A DNA stretch of 51,975 nucleotides, counting the filler, from Spirochaetales bacterium (GTDB taxonomy: Bacteria > Spirochaetota > Spirochaetia > Treponematales > UBA12059): NCBI GenBank assembly GCA_016928955.1. It is 2 parts of 2 records of this genome, joined end to end, with 100 filler letters (N's around TTAATTAATTAA, not from the genome) between each part and the next. Parts side by side here need not be neighbours in the genome. Positions count along the whole stretch, not along the records: positions 1 to 25,512 come from JAFGJV010000002.1; positions 25,613 to 51,975 come from JAFGJV010000030.1. One strand, given 5' to 3'. This document shows, one piece after another, positions 17,244 through 26,802 of this stretch (position 1 is its first letter; each line of letters starts with the position of its first letter). Both the position numbers and the translations under genes were made by a program. The notes under the pieces were generated by a model. The model was not told the origin of the DNA. It was given only the letters and a program-made list of their open reading frames with translations, and did no database searches.

Positions 17244-18794
17244 ATGGCAAAAACGGTAGCGCGCGCGCTGGTGTGCGCCGCGGTCCTCACGGTCCTGGGA
17301 TTCTCCGCGTTCGCCCAAGACGTTGACGAGCCCGAGCTTTCGTCCGTTGCAGGCAGGCCTATAGAGTTCATCAACTATGTGGGACCCTACGCGCGCGTGG
17401 ACAGCGCCGAGGACATACGCAACATAGGCCGGTCGCTCGGCAGGGCGGTGGCCGCGGGGGCAACGCGTTCCGGCTCGTCGTACTCGTACTCGGTTATCCA
17501 CGCCGTGGATCCCGCCGTGGAGCTCGGGCTGGACGCGGACATACTCACGCTCGGGCAGGGCGCCCGCGTGGACCACATAAAGAATCTCAGGCGCATCATA
17601 GCCGGGTACCTGGAAGGCGCTTACGGCTACAACGCGGCGGACGCGGACACCCTGGCCGTGTTCGTCACCATATACAACGCCGTATACCGGGGCAACATGG
17701 CCTACCTTGGCGAAAAATACAAACCCGTGGTCACCCGGGAACTGAGCGATTCGACCGCCGGCCTGTCCGTGCGCTGGGACGAATGGGCCGGAAGGTCACG
17801 CATCGTCATTCCGCTGACAGCCAGGGCCGCCAAGGGCGTGATCGGCTCGGTGGATACCACGCCCATCAGCGATCAGCCGAGTGTCCAGGCCTTGGGCAAG
17901 GAAGATTCCCAGGCGGCCATTGACGAGCGCCAGGACCTGGTGGACATCAAGGAACGCGATGTCGAGCAGGAAAAGGCGGCCATAGAGGAAGAGAAAGAAC
18001 GCATAGCGGCCGAGGAACAGGCCATAGAGGATGAGCGGCAGGCCTTGGAGGACCAGGCGGCCGCGGGCCAGCCCGGCGACGACCAGGAAGCCAGCCTGGC
18101 CGTAAGCGAGGAGGCCAAGGCGGAGGAAGCAGCCCTGGCCGAGCGCGAGGAAGCCGTGGCGGAGGCCAAGGAGGACGTGGCCGAGCGCGAGGAAGCCGTG
18201 GCCGCCAAGGAAGAGGAGATCGCCCAGGATCGAGAGGACATCGCCTCGGCGCAAAAAGAGGAAATAGCTACCGAGGTGGCCGCCGCCGAGGGGCGGGAGG
18301 CCGCCGGCGTCGTCCTCTTCGAGCTCATGGACCCGAACGTGCCCCTGGCCCGGGTCGTGCTGGTGGAACTGTCGTCAGGCGACACGCTCCGCAAGAGCGA
18401 CGTCAACACAATACGCTCCAACAGCGTGGTGGACGTGGGCGACGCTTTTGTGGCGGTGGCCGGCCAGACAACCGGCATGGGCGGGGCCGTGCGGCTGGTG
18501 CGCGTTTCCAAGGCGGACTACAAGGACGTGACCTACGGAACCGTGGACGTGTTCGCTGACACGCCCGTGTGGGAGTTCGGTTCCTCGGTGTACGCCGTGG
18601 TCGCCCAGGACGGCGGTTGGGCCATAGGGCGCTTCGATCCCGAAACGCTGGAAATGAAGGCGGTGTCGGCGCCGGTTTCGCGCTACACCTTCCTGACCGA
18701 GACGGGAGGCAAGCTGGTCGCCCAGAAGCCCACAGGAGGCTTTCTGGTCCTTGACCGGGACAAGTTGTCGACCGTTCAGGAGGTTGAACGGTGA
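17244..18794 (+). CDS. P83/100 antigen family protein
   Basis: Signal peptide; IEFINYVGP, VDHIKNLRRII.GYL..AYGY, FVTIYNAVYRG, W.G.SRIVIPL; acidic coiled coil. Confidence 0.85.
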   Translation: MAKTVARALVCAAVLTVLGFSAFAQDVDEPELSSVAGRPIEFINYVGPYARVDSAEDIRNIGRSLGRAVAAGATRSGSSYSYSVIHAVDPAVELGLDADILTLGQGARVDHIKNLRRIIAGYLEGAYGYNAADADTLAVFVTIYNAVYRGNMAYLGEKYKPVVTRELSDSTAGLSVRWDEWAGRSRIVIPLTARAAKGVIGSVDTTPISDQPSVQALGKEDSQAAIDERQDLVDIKERDVEQEKAAIEEEKERIAAEEQAIEDERQALEDQAAAGQPGDDQEASLAVSEEAKAEEAALAEREEAVAEAKEDVAEREEAVAAKEEEIAQDREDIASAQKEEIATEVAAAEGREAAGVVLFELMDPNVPLARVVLVELSSGDTLRKSDVNTIRSNSVVDVGDAFVAVAGQTTGMGGAVRLVRVSKADYKDVTYGTVDVFADTPVWEFGSSVYAVVAQDGGWAIGRFDPETLEMKAVSAPVSRYTFLTETGGKLVAQKPTGGFLVLDRDKLSTVQEVER

Positions 18795-18800
18795 AGGATG

Positions 18801-18835
18801 GGCGGACGGCCACAGTGGCCGCCCGCCTTTTTTTT
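18801..18835 (+). terminator. Intrinsic terminator
   Basis: GGCGGACGGCCA-CAG-TGGCCGCCCGCC followed by T8. Confidence 0.8.
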
Positions 18836-18889
18836 GATGCTCCGCGGACGCCCGGGAAACGGGCGGACGGCGGACCGAGGGGAGGAAGG

Positions 18890-20497
18890 ATGACGACGAG
18901 GAACGGACCGTTCAAGGGCAGGTCGATCAGCGTGGTGAACGACCTGTCCATAGACGAACAGCGCTACCTGTACCGAAAGGCACGGCTACTCAAGGAGGAT
19001 CTTGCCGCCGGGGGGCGGGCAGACGGGTTCAGGATAGCGGACCCGGATTATTCCGCGTACCTTGTGTTCCTGGAAAATTCCACCCGTACCAGGGAATCGT
19101 TCCGCAACGCCGCCGAATTCCACAACGTGCGCGTCAACGTGTTCGACGCCGCCACGTCGTCGTTCGCCAAAAACGAGAGCGTGACCGACACCTTTAAGAT
19201 GCTGATCGGCTACGCGGCAGAGTCCTGTTTTGTGGTGCGCTCCAAGCTGGAGGGAACCTGCACCTGGCTGGCCAGTAGACTGGGACCCTGGGCGGCGGAG
19301 CGCGGCATGTCCGTTCCTTCCTTCATCAACGCCGGCGACGGCAAGCACGAGCACCCCACCCAGGAATTTCTGGACGAATTCAGCTTCCTTGAGCAGAGGG
19401 GCTGGAAAGAGGATTCCATACACCTGGCGCTGGTGGGAGACCTCTACCACGGCCGCACGGTGCACTCCAAGGCTGACGGCCTCAGGGTGTTCAAGGAAGT
19501 GAGGGTAGACCTGGTCGCCCCGCCAGAATTGACCATGCCCCCCTTCTACGTTGACGCCATGAAGCGCAACGGCTTTGAGGTGCGCGTGTTCGAGTCGGTG
19601 GACGAATACCTGGCAGCGGGGAACGCCGCGCCCCTGTGGTACTTCACGCGCCTTCAGCTCGAGCGCATGGGGGATTCCGTGCTGGAAAAGGCTCCCCGCC
19701 TTCGCAAGGCCGTGACCTTCCGCAGGGAGCTGGTGGGCAAGCTCCCTGATGGAGCCAGGTTCTACCATCCCCTGCCCAGGGACAGACTGGCGCCGACCAT
19801 ACCGACCTGGCTGGACGACACGGCGCTCAACGGCTGGGACGCTCAGTCGGCCAACGGCTATTACACGCGCGTGGTCGAGATGGCCATGCTGGCCGGCAGG
19901 ATAGGCCAAGACTTTGACGGCACGGCAAAGGAAAGCTCGCTCCCCGACGAGGATTTTGTGGTTGAGGCGCCAGTTGCCCCCAGCCGCAAGCCTGAGTACA
20001 AGGTGGGCATCAAGCCGGTGGAGCGCGGCATAGTCATAGACCATATCGCGTCAGGCGAGCCGGTAACGGCGATATGGGACAGGGTGGACATGATACGGAG
20101 GGTCCTGAACCTCAACCTCAGGTCCAGCCACGGCGTGTACCACTCGAACCGCGGGCCGGAGCTGTACAAGGGCATCATATCCATACCCGACCGCCTGTCG
20201 TTCGGCGAGCGGGAACTGAAAAAGCTCGGCGCCGTGTCTCCTGGCTGCACCATAAACCTGATAGAGGATCAGGAGGTCAAGAAAAAGTACCGCCTGGGCA
20301 TGCCTCCGCGCATCTACGACTTTGACGACATATCCTGCGCCAACGAAAACTGCATATCGCATCCCAAGCATGAGGAGCATATTGCGGCGCATTTCCTGCG
20401 GAAAGTGGGAACGGAGGGCGGAAGCACCTACGTGTGCCGCTGGTGCGAGAGGGAGCACGACTTCTCGGAAATATGGTCGCTCAAGGGGAGGGGTTGA
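18890..20497 (+). CDS. pyrBI: Fused aspartate carbamoyltransferase catalytic and regulatory chains
   Basis: STRTRESF, HEHPTQ, GDL.HGRTVHS, HPLPR, then GIVIDHI and Zn ligands CANENC...CRWC. Confidence 0.93.
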   Translation: MTTRNGPFKGRSISVVNDLSIDEQRYLYRKARLLKEDLAAGGRADGFRIADPDYSAYLVFLENSTRTRESFRNAAEFHNVRVNVFDAATSSFAKNESVTDTFKMLIGYAAESCFVVRSKLEGTCTWLASRLGPWAAERGMSVPSFINAGDGKHEHPTQEFLDEFSFLEQRGWKEDSIHLALVGDLYHGRTVHSKADGLRVFKEVRVDLVAPPELTMPPFYVDAMKRNGFEVRVFESVDEYLAAGNAAPLWYFTRLQLERMGDSVLEKAPRLRKAVTFRRELVGKLPDGARFYHPLPRDRLAPTIPTWLDDTALNGWDAQSANGYYTRVVEMAMLAGRIGQDFDGTAKESSLPDEDFVVEAPVAPSRKPEYKVGIKPVERGIVIDHIASGEPVTAIWDRVDMIRRVLNLNLRSSHGVYHSNRGPELYKGIISIPDRLSFGERELKKLGAVSPGCTINLIEDQEVKKKYRLGMPPRIYDFDDISCANENCISHPKHEEHIAAHFLRKVGTEGGSTYVCRWCEREHDFSEIWSLKGRG

Positions 20498-20711
20498 GCT
20501 TCCGGCTCACGCGGACGGGCCGGGCAAAGTTAGCAGCCATGACAGGGACCTTATACAGGAGAATAATTGTGCCGATGATGGGGTATCACTATCGCGCGCG
20601 ATAATACAGGTTGCATTCTGGAATGACTCGCGTGATACTGTACGCCGTGCGATGACTGCGAATGTCCATGCGCCAGCGGGCGCCAAAGGACGATTCCACA
20701 AGGAGTGTATC

Positions 20712-21119
20712 ATGGCCAAGACAGCATCTTCCGGGGGCGGCAAGAAGCTCGTCGCTGACGAGAAGCTCGTCGCGAAAATGACCAAGCTTGTCGCCGCGTA
20801 CGACGCGGCGGTAAAGGCTCAGAAAGCCGCGGCAAAAACCGGAATTCCTGCGGATCCCAAGTTCGGGCTTCCCAAGGACATCATCACCAACATCGGCGAC
20901 CTGTGGTGCAAGGCCTGGGGCAAGGTCAAGGCAGCGTCTGGTATCGTCGACCCGGTGAAAAAGCCCGAGGCCAAAAAGACCGCCGCCAAGAAACCGGCAG
21001 CCAAAAAGCCGGCGGCCAAGGCCAGCGCCAAGAAACCTGCCGCCAAAAAACCGGTTGCCAAGAAAGCTCCGGCCAAGAAAGCTCCGGCCAAGAAGGCTCC
21101 GGGCGCGCCCAAGATGTGA
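20712..21119 (+). CDS. Lys/Ala-rich histone H1-like protein with a small N-terminal domain
   Basis: AAGGAG RBS; C-terminal PAAKK/PAKKA repeats. Confidence 0.72.
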   Translation: MAKTASSGGGKKLVADEKLVAKMTKLVAAYDAAVKAQKAAAKTGIPADPKFGLPKDIITNIGDLWCKAWGKVKAASGIVDPVKKPEAKKTAAKKPAAKKPAAKASAKKPAAKKPVAKKAPAKKAPAKKAPGAPKM

Positions 21120-21144
21120 CAACAGGGGAATCCCGTTGAACGTC

Positions 21145-21172
21145 AAAAACCCCCGTACCGCGGGGGTTTTTT
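21145..21172. terminator. Bidirectional terminator
   Basis: AAAAACCCCCG-TACCG-CGGGGGTTTTTT between convergent genes. Confidence 0.85.
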
Positions 21173-21245
21173 ATTTTCTGTCATCGCGGGCGGCGTCCAT
21201 CATGGCGCGCCCGATCGAGGTTCCCGATTCTGGGCTCGGAGGCAT

Positions 21246-21806
21246 TCAGGATGATAAGCCTCTGTACCTGGCATAGAAAAAAAGGGCCGCTGTCATGAGG
21301 GCGTGGCCGTAATCCTCGCCACCGACCAGGTCTATGGCTTCGCGCTCGGGTATCAGTAAAACGTCTATGTCTTCGTGCTCGTCCAAACACTGGGGCCGCT
21401 CGAGTACGCATCCTTCCGCCACGAACGCGTGAAAGGTGTTGGCCATGAAGGCGGGGTTTGGCGATAGCACGCCGAGCGGAACGACCATGTCGGCGCGGTA
21501 GCCGGTTTCTTCCAACAGCTCTCGGGCGACCGCCGCCGCGGGGTCCTCGCCGCGCTCCACAATGCCGCCGGGGAATTCGATGGACACGTGCTCGGTGCCG
21601 TGACGGTACTGGCGTATCATAACAAAGGAGCGGCCTTCCGGCGTCTCGACAACAGGAATGACGCCTGCCCAGTCCGGGGCGTTGACGACGTAAAACACAC
21701 CATGTTTCCCGTTCCTGGTGGACCGTTCGCTTGAGTCCACGGAAAAAATGTGGCATTGAGCCAGTGTGGTCCGCCTGAGCTCGGTCCATTCCTCGGGGGT
21801 TCTCAT
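21246..21806 (-). CDS. Nudix hydrolase (ADP-ribose pyrophosphatase-like)
   Basis: RQYRHG, EFPGGIVERGEDPAAAVARELLEETGY Nudix box, SPNPA. Confidence 0.9.
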   Translation of the reverse strand: MRTPEEWTELRRTTLAQCHIFSVDSSERSTRNGKHGVFYVVNAPDWAGVIPVVETPEGRSFVMIRQYRHGTEHVSIEFPGGIVERGEDPAAAVARELLEETGYRADMVVPLGVLSPNPAFMANTFHAFVAEGCVLERPQCLDEHEDIDVLLIPEREAIDLVGGEDYGHALMTAALFFYARYRGLSS

Positions 21807-21897
21807 GTGGTCAAGGCTACCGTACCATCGCACGGCGTATCAAGGAGCGTGCCGCGGGCGGCTTGCCCTCTACCCGCAGACCCTGTATTGTGGGCCC

Positions 21898-24800
21898 ATG
21901 CCGAGAGCCACGCATGTTTTTGGGCTTACCCCCTGGGGGCGCTATTTCATAGACGCCATGGAAAGGCTTGCCGACACGGGTAGACTGCAGCGCGGCCGCT
22001 CGTATGCGGGCAATGGCTCGGTGGACAAGTTGGTGATTGAGGGATCTACCGTGCGAGCCAAGGTGCGAGGGCGCTATCGGCCGTGGTACAGCGTCACCAT
22101 ATCGTTCCGGCCGGCGGGAGAAAAGGCAGCGGAGGCCATCAGGCAGGCTTTTTCCAAGGATGCCCTGCTGGCGGAGAGAATAGCCCGAGGGGAAATGCCC
22201 GACAACGCGCTCGACGCCATCAGGAAAGCCGGGGCCGAGCTCGTGCCCGCCCGGTGGTCGGACATGCAGCGCTCTTGTGACTGCCCCGACGACGGCGACC
22301 CCTGCAAGCATATGGCGGCCGTCTACTATATCCTTGCCCGCGAGATAGACCGGGATCCGTTCACGCTCTGGAGACTGCGCGGGCTGGATGTCGGACAGGC
22401 TATAACCCAGCGCCGCCGGGAGGCTATTCCCGATCCCCTGGATATCCCGGCAAGAAAACGTCGGGACATCCCCTCGCCTGCGGAAGCTTCATCTGACGAG
22501 CGCTCCAGGCCCCTGCCCAACCTATCGTCGTTCATCGTGTCGCTCCTGCCGCCGGCCCGGGGGCTGTGTCCCTTTGACCTGGTCCAGCGCACGGCTGAAT
22601 TCTACCATGAAGCCGTTCGCAGGATGCCCGCGGTGCTCGCACAAGGCGCCCGCCGGTATGCCGCGGGAGCGGCAAGCGATAACGCGTGGCTCTATGGCCC
22701 GCTGGGACTTGAGATAAAGGAAGCTGAAGTGTCTGTCAGGGGCCCCGGCGGCGCTGTCTTGAGCCCCTTGGAGGCGGCTCGGGAGCTGCCAGCCGAGTGT
22801 CCGTTGGGGGCAACGTCCGACTTCCGGTTCCTGCGCGGCCTGTTCGATACGCTGGAATCCATCGTGGAGGCGGGCGCGTACGGACCGGACGTGCGCGTCG
22901 GCAAAGCGGGAATGAGCGTGGTGTGGAAACCTGCCCGCTTCAGTCCCGAGGTGGACGCGGTGCTCAGCTCCTTTGAAAAGCGCTTTCCCAAAGCGTGGCT
23001 GTCAGAAAGGGCGGGCGGGAATCCCAGGCGGGCCATAGAGGCAGTGTGCCAGGCGTATCTCCGTGAGTATGCCACGGCGGTCGGCTACTCACCGCCTCTG
23101 TCCAGGGAAGCCGCCCACCCGGTTTCGCTCGCCATGTTCAGGGGCATGACCGTTTCCTGCGATACTCCCGGCGAGAGGAGCCTGCCCGCCGCTCTGGACG
23201 CGTGGTCGGCTGTCCTGGACGGATTGGGGACGGGGGGGCGTTTCGAGCTTTCGTTGAGCCGCGCCGAGGAAGGGGTATCCTTGCCGCGGCGTGGTTCCCA
23301 GGTATATGCGCTCAAGGCATGGCATGTGCCAGAGGGGGGCCGGCGCGTGGCCATCCACAAGGCATCGTTGCGGGATGACGCTCGCTCAACCCTGGCGTTC
23401 GCCGCCATTCTGGGGAACTATCTGCCGGCCCTCATGGATCTGGGCAGGGCTCCCCAGGTGCTGTTATCCGAAGACGAGCTTGCGGGTTTCGTGCTGGATG
23501 CCGCTCCTGTGCTCGGACACATGGGCGTGTCGGTGGTACTGCCCAAGGAATTCAGGGCGATAGCGCGGCCGCGGAAGGTCGTGCGCGCCCGGGCAGCCCG
23601 ATCCGTGGGAAGCGGCATGAGCCTGGCCGACGCGTTCAGCTTTGATTGGAAGGTGGCCATAGGCGACATGGCCGTGAGCCCCGCCGAGTTCCAAAAGCTT
23701 CTGGCCAAGGGACGCAGGCTCGTGCGTTTCAAGGATCAGTGGGTCAGGGTGGATCCGGCGGAGGCGGCGGCAATCCTGGGAAGCGTGGCCGGGGGAACCG
23801 CCCCGGGCCTCCTGGACGCTGTCAGGGCGTCACTCGGGGGCTGGCTCCAGGACGATGGTTCCCTGTCCGGCGCGTTGAACCTGGGCAGGGGCGCCGGAAG
23901 CTCGGACAGGCGGCCCGTTCCCGCGGGACTGAAAGCCGAACTGAGGCCGTACCAGGAGCGGGGGTACCGCTGGCTCATGGCAAACCTTGAGCGCGGGCTG
24001 GGCTGCGTCCTGGCCGACGACATGGGCCTTGGGAAAACCGTTCAGGCCATAGCAGCCATCCTGGCGCTCAATGAAGCGGGCAAGCTGGCGCGGGGAGCGC
24101 TGGTGGTTGCGCCTGCCAGCCTTATTACCAACTGGGAGAGGGAGCTTGACCGGTTCGCGCCATGCTTGTCGGTCCATGTTCGCTATGGAAGCGGGCGGAA
24201 AACCCGCAAAAGGCACGATGTCACGCTTACCAGCTATGACACCTACGTTCGCGACACGAGCTCCGGGCAAGAGCGGGCCTGGGACCTGCTTGTGTTGGAC
24301 GAGGCCCACGCCATCAAAAACCCCGCGTCAAGGCGGGCGCTGGCCGTGAAAAAGTCGGCGGCCGCAGTGAGGCTGGCCCTTACTGGAACGCCGGTGGAGA
24401 ACAACCTGGCCGAACTTTGGAGCCTGTTCGAGGCCATACTTCCGGGTTTCCTGGGAGGCCTGCCCGAATTCACCAGGTCCTTCCGAGTACCCATAGAGAG
24501 GGACGGCGACGGGAAGGCGGCCGACTCCCTGCGCGCGCTCACCGCTCCGTTCATTCTTAGGAGGCTGAAGACCGACAAGGCCATAGCGGCGTCCCTGCCG
24601 GAGAAACTCAGCGTCAACGAGTACGCCGTCTTGGAGCCTGGCCAGGCCGCCCTCTATAAAGCGCTGGCCGAGCGGGGCCTGGCGAGCCTGGAGTCGGGCG
24701 ACAGGGAGAATCGTACCGGCAGGATACTGGCCATGATGACGGCCCTGAAGCAAGTGTCCAATCATCCGAGGAATTACGACCAGGACAGCCCCGCCGACCC

Positions 24801-25332
24801 GGCCTTGTCGGGCAAGGCCAGGTTGCTCCTGGCCATACTTGACGCCGCGACGGACGCCGGCGAGCGCATTCTGGTCTTCAGCCAATACGTGACCATGCTG
24901 GAAATACTCGCGCACGCGGTGCGGACGGAACTAGGGCTTGAGCCGTTTGTCCTGCACGGTGGCCTCGGACGGGCGGCCCGGGACGAGGCCGTGGACTCGT
25001 TCCAGAAGGGCACTGGCCCGGCCGTTTTTCTGATCAGCCTGCGCGCGGGAGGGGTCGGGCTCAACCTCACAGCCGCCACGCGCGTCATCCATTACGATCT
25101 GTGGTTCAACCCGGCCGTGGAAAGCCAGGCTACGGACCGGGCGTATCGCATAGGCCAGGGCAAAACCGTGTTCGTGCACCGCCTCATAACGCGCGGCACC
25201 CTGGACGAACGCATAGACCGGCTGATCCAGTCCAAGCGAGGCCTGTCGGAACTCAGCGTCAAGGCCGGTGAGCGCTGGCTCGGCGACCTTTCGAACGACG
25301 AACTGAGGGAGCTGGTCAGCCTCAGGTCCTAA
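21898..25332 (+). CDS. SWIM zinc finger-SNF2 family helicase fusion
   Basis: RLQRGRSYA, CDCPDDGDPCKH (SWIM); LRPYQ, LADDMGLGKT, DEAH, TGTPVEN, GGVGLNL, QATDRAYRIGQ. Confidence 0.93.
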   Translation: MPRATHVFGLTPWGRYFIDAMERLADTGRLQRGRSYAGNGSVDKLVIEGSTVRAKVRGRYRPWYSVTISFRPAGEKAAEAIRQAFSKDALLAERIARGEMPDNALDAIRKAGAELVPARWSDMQRSCDCPDDGDPCKHMAAVYYILAREIDRDPFTLWRLRGLDVGQAITQRRREAIPDPLDIPARKRRDIPSPAEASSDERSRPLPNLSSFIVSLLPPARGLCPFDLVQRTAEFYHEAVRRMPAVLAQGARRYAAGAASDNAWLYGPLGLEIKEAEVSVRGPGGAVLSPLEAARELPAECPLGATSDFRFLRGLFDTLESIVEAGAYGPDVRVGKAGMSVVWKPARFSPEVDAVLSSFEKRFPKAWLSERAGGNPRRAIEAVCQAYLREYATAVGYSPPLSREAAHPVSLAMFRGMTVSCDTPGERSLPAALDAWSAVLDGLGTGGRFELSLSRAEEGVSLPRRGSQVYALKAWHVPEGGRRVAIHKASLRDDARSTLAFAAILGNYLPALMDLGRAPQVLLSEDELAGFVLDAAPVLGHMGVSVVLPKEFRAIARPRKVVRARAARSVGSGMSLADAFSFDWKVAIGDMAVSPAEFQKLLAKGRRLVRFKDQWVRVDPAEAAAILGSVAGGTAPGLLDAVRASLGGWLQDDGSLSGALNLGRGAGSSDRRPVPAGLKAELRPYQERGYRWLMANLERGLGCVLADDMGLGKTVQAIAAILALNEAGKLARGALVVAPASLITNWERELDRFAPCLSVHVRYGSGRKTRKRHDVTLTSYDTYVRDTSSGQERAWDLLVLDEAHAIKNPASRRALAVKKSAAAVRLALTGTPVENNLAELWSLFEAILPGFLGGLPEFTRSFRVPIERDGDGKAADSLRALTAPFILRRLKTDKAIAASLPEKLSVNEYAVLEPGQAALYKALAERGLASLESGDRENRTGRILAMMTALKQVSNHPRNYDQDSPADPALSGKARLLLAILDAATDAGERILVFSQYVTMLEILAHAVRTELGLEPFVLHGGLGRAARDEAVDSFQKGTGPAVFLISLRAGGVGLNLTAATRVIHYDLWFNPAVESQATDRAYRIGQGKTVFVHRLITRGTLDERIDRLIQSKRGLSELSVKAGERWLGDLSNDELRELVSLRS

Positions 25333-25404
25333 AGCACAACATTGCGCCATCGCCCGAGCCCTGGTATCATGTTCCTGCTCGCGGTGCCAAGTGGCCGGAC
25401 ATAA

Positions 25405-25512
25405 GGGAGCCTATAAAAACTTCAGTTTTTAGAGGGTTACCTTAAAAAACCGAGCGTTTTCGGCCGAAAACGCAGGGAACCTCTAATAACCATGAGGTTT
25501 TTAGAGGTTCCC
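25405..25512. mobile_element. Palindromic MITE/REP-like element at the contig end
   Basis: Terminal IRs GGGAGCCTATAAAAAC and GTTTTTAGAGGTTCCC; central palindrome GCGTTTTCGGCCGAAAACGC. Confidence 0.8.
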
Positions 25513-25612
25513 NNNNNNNNNNNNNNNNNNNNNNNNNNNNNNNNNNNNNNNNNNNNTTAATTAATTAANNNNNNNNNNNNNNNNNNNNNNNNNNNNNNNN
25601 NNNNNNNNNNNN
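25513..25612. other. Artificial contig linker / assembly gap
   Basis: N44 + TTAATTAATTAA (stop codons in all six frames) + N44 = 100 nt. Confidence 0.97.
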
Positions 25613-25698
25613 ACATCTGAGCAGTGGCTCAACGGCAAACGGTATCTACCGGCTGAACAGACCCAATCGTAAATTTACAGAAAAGAGCTTGACCAATC
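25613..25698 (+). mobile_element. 3' end of a second IS256-family element
   Basis: TSEQWLNGKRYLPAEQTQS* resembles the IS256 transposase C-terminal EEW..G..YL motif; it is followed by AATTTACAGAAAAGAGCTTGACCAATC, an IS256-like IR. Confidence 0.65.
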
Positions 25699-26802
25699 AA
25701 AAAGCTCATTCTGCCCATAATAGTTGTGGGTGTGGCGGCGGCTAGCATATTCTTGTTCGCTCTACGGCCCGGGGAGGCGCGCGCCCAGTTTGGCCATACG
25801 AGGCAGGCGTTTTTCCCTCACGTAGGCAGCGTGAGGTTCGTGCATGAAGCTTCGCAGTCGGTTCAACTGTTTTTCGTAAGCGAGGGCAACGTAAACGAAT
25901 TCTCAGACGCGGCGAACATCCATTCGGTACGGCTGATCGGAGCCAACGGTTCCGCGTCCATCCCAGTAGAGGTCGAGAACCTACAGACTGCCGGTTCGAT
26001 GGACGGGTTTCCCGAAGGTGCGAGTTTTGTAACGCTGACCTTGCGGATCGATCCGGCCACGTTGGTCGCGAGCCATATAGCGGTGCGCTTCGTCGACGGC
26101 ATCGAGGAGACCTTCCCTATCGGCTCATTATCGCTAGAGGATCTATCCGATAGGACAAACTGGATATCCACCGAAATCACTTTCGACGAGGCGAGTGGAA
26201 CGCTCAAGCTTCCTGAGGGTCGCTTTCAGGATGGGCAGTACCCCGGTGGCAGGCGTCTCACGGGCATGGCCGCATGGGTGCCTATATTGTACCGTGGCAG
26301 GTTAATAGATGTGACCGATATCGACCTCGGTGCGCCTGGAGTGTCCGTGGACTGGTCACGCTGGGTGGATCTGAACTGCCCCGAAGTCACCTCAAGCGGA
26401 ATGTTCCTAGAACAATTGGAGGACCTAGAGGATCCCGACGATTCGCTGAACCTTTTCTACGCGAAGGTGAATACGGTTTTTGATTATAGGTGGACCGCGT
26501 CAGGAGAATTGTTCGCGTATCCTAGATGCAATGATTTAGGCAAACAGCCGTTCATTCCCCTGACTATGTCTGACGCTAATGTCCTATCCGGCCAGGATGA
26601 AGTTTATATCGAGCGAGCCTATCCGGTGTACTACGATCCTGCGGTGGATTTTACCAATACTTTCCTCATAATCAGTCCCGTTGTCATCTATGCCGCAAAG
26701 GAAGGCGTCCAGCACGGGCTACCGGTTAGGGACGGCCCGACCGTAGTTTTCCCAGGTCGCTTTGACGGTATTGAGAACCTCCTCGCGGGGCAGAACCCAT
26801 GA
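25699..26802 (+). CDS. Hypothetical exported or membrane-anchored protein, 5' end apparently cut by the IS
   Basis: Open frame KKLILPIIVVGVAAASIFLFAL begins right after the IS end with no ATG; first GTG is at 25726; stop overlaps the next gene (ATGA). Confidence 0.6.
   Translation, partial: KKLILPIIVVGVAAASIFLFALRPGEARAQFGHTRQAFFPHVGSVRFVHEASQSVQLFFVSEGNVNEFSDAANIHSVRLIGANGSASIPVEVENLQTAGSMDGFPEGASFVTLTLRIDPATLVASHIAVRFVDGIEETFPIGSLSLEDLSDRTNWISTEITFDEASGTLKLPEGRFQDGQYPGGRRLTGMAAWVPILYRGRLIDVTDIDLGAPGVSVDWSRWVDLNCPEVTSSGMFLEQLEDLEDPDDSLNLFYAKVNTVFDYRWTASGELFAYPRCNDLGKQPFIPLTMSDANVLSGQDEVYIERAYPVYYDPAVDFTNTFLIISPVVIYAAKEGVQHGLPVRDGPTVVFPGRFDGIENLLAGQNP

Noticed and set aside
18138..18202. Direct repeat GCCGAGCGCGAGGAAGCCGTGGC
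   Set aside because: It is a coding repeat (AEREEAVA) within the P83/100 coiled coil.
18890..20497. PyrB-PyrI fusion as a novelty
   Set aside because: This fusion is already known from Thermotoga and Treponema.
25513..25612. TTAATTAATTAA palindrome as a biological site, and linkage of SNF2/MITE to the ABC cassette
   Set aside because: It is a symmetric artificial linker inside Ns; the two sides need not be neighbours.
25689..25721. IS-derived hybrid promoter TTGACC...CATAAT
   Set aside because: The 21-bp spacer is too long for sigma70.
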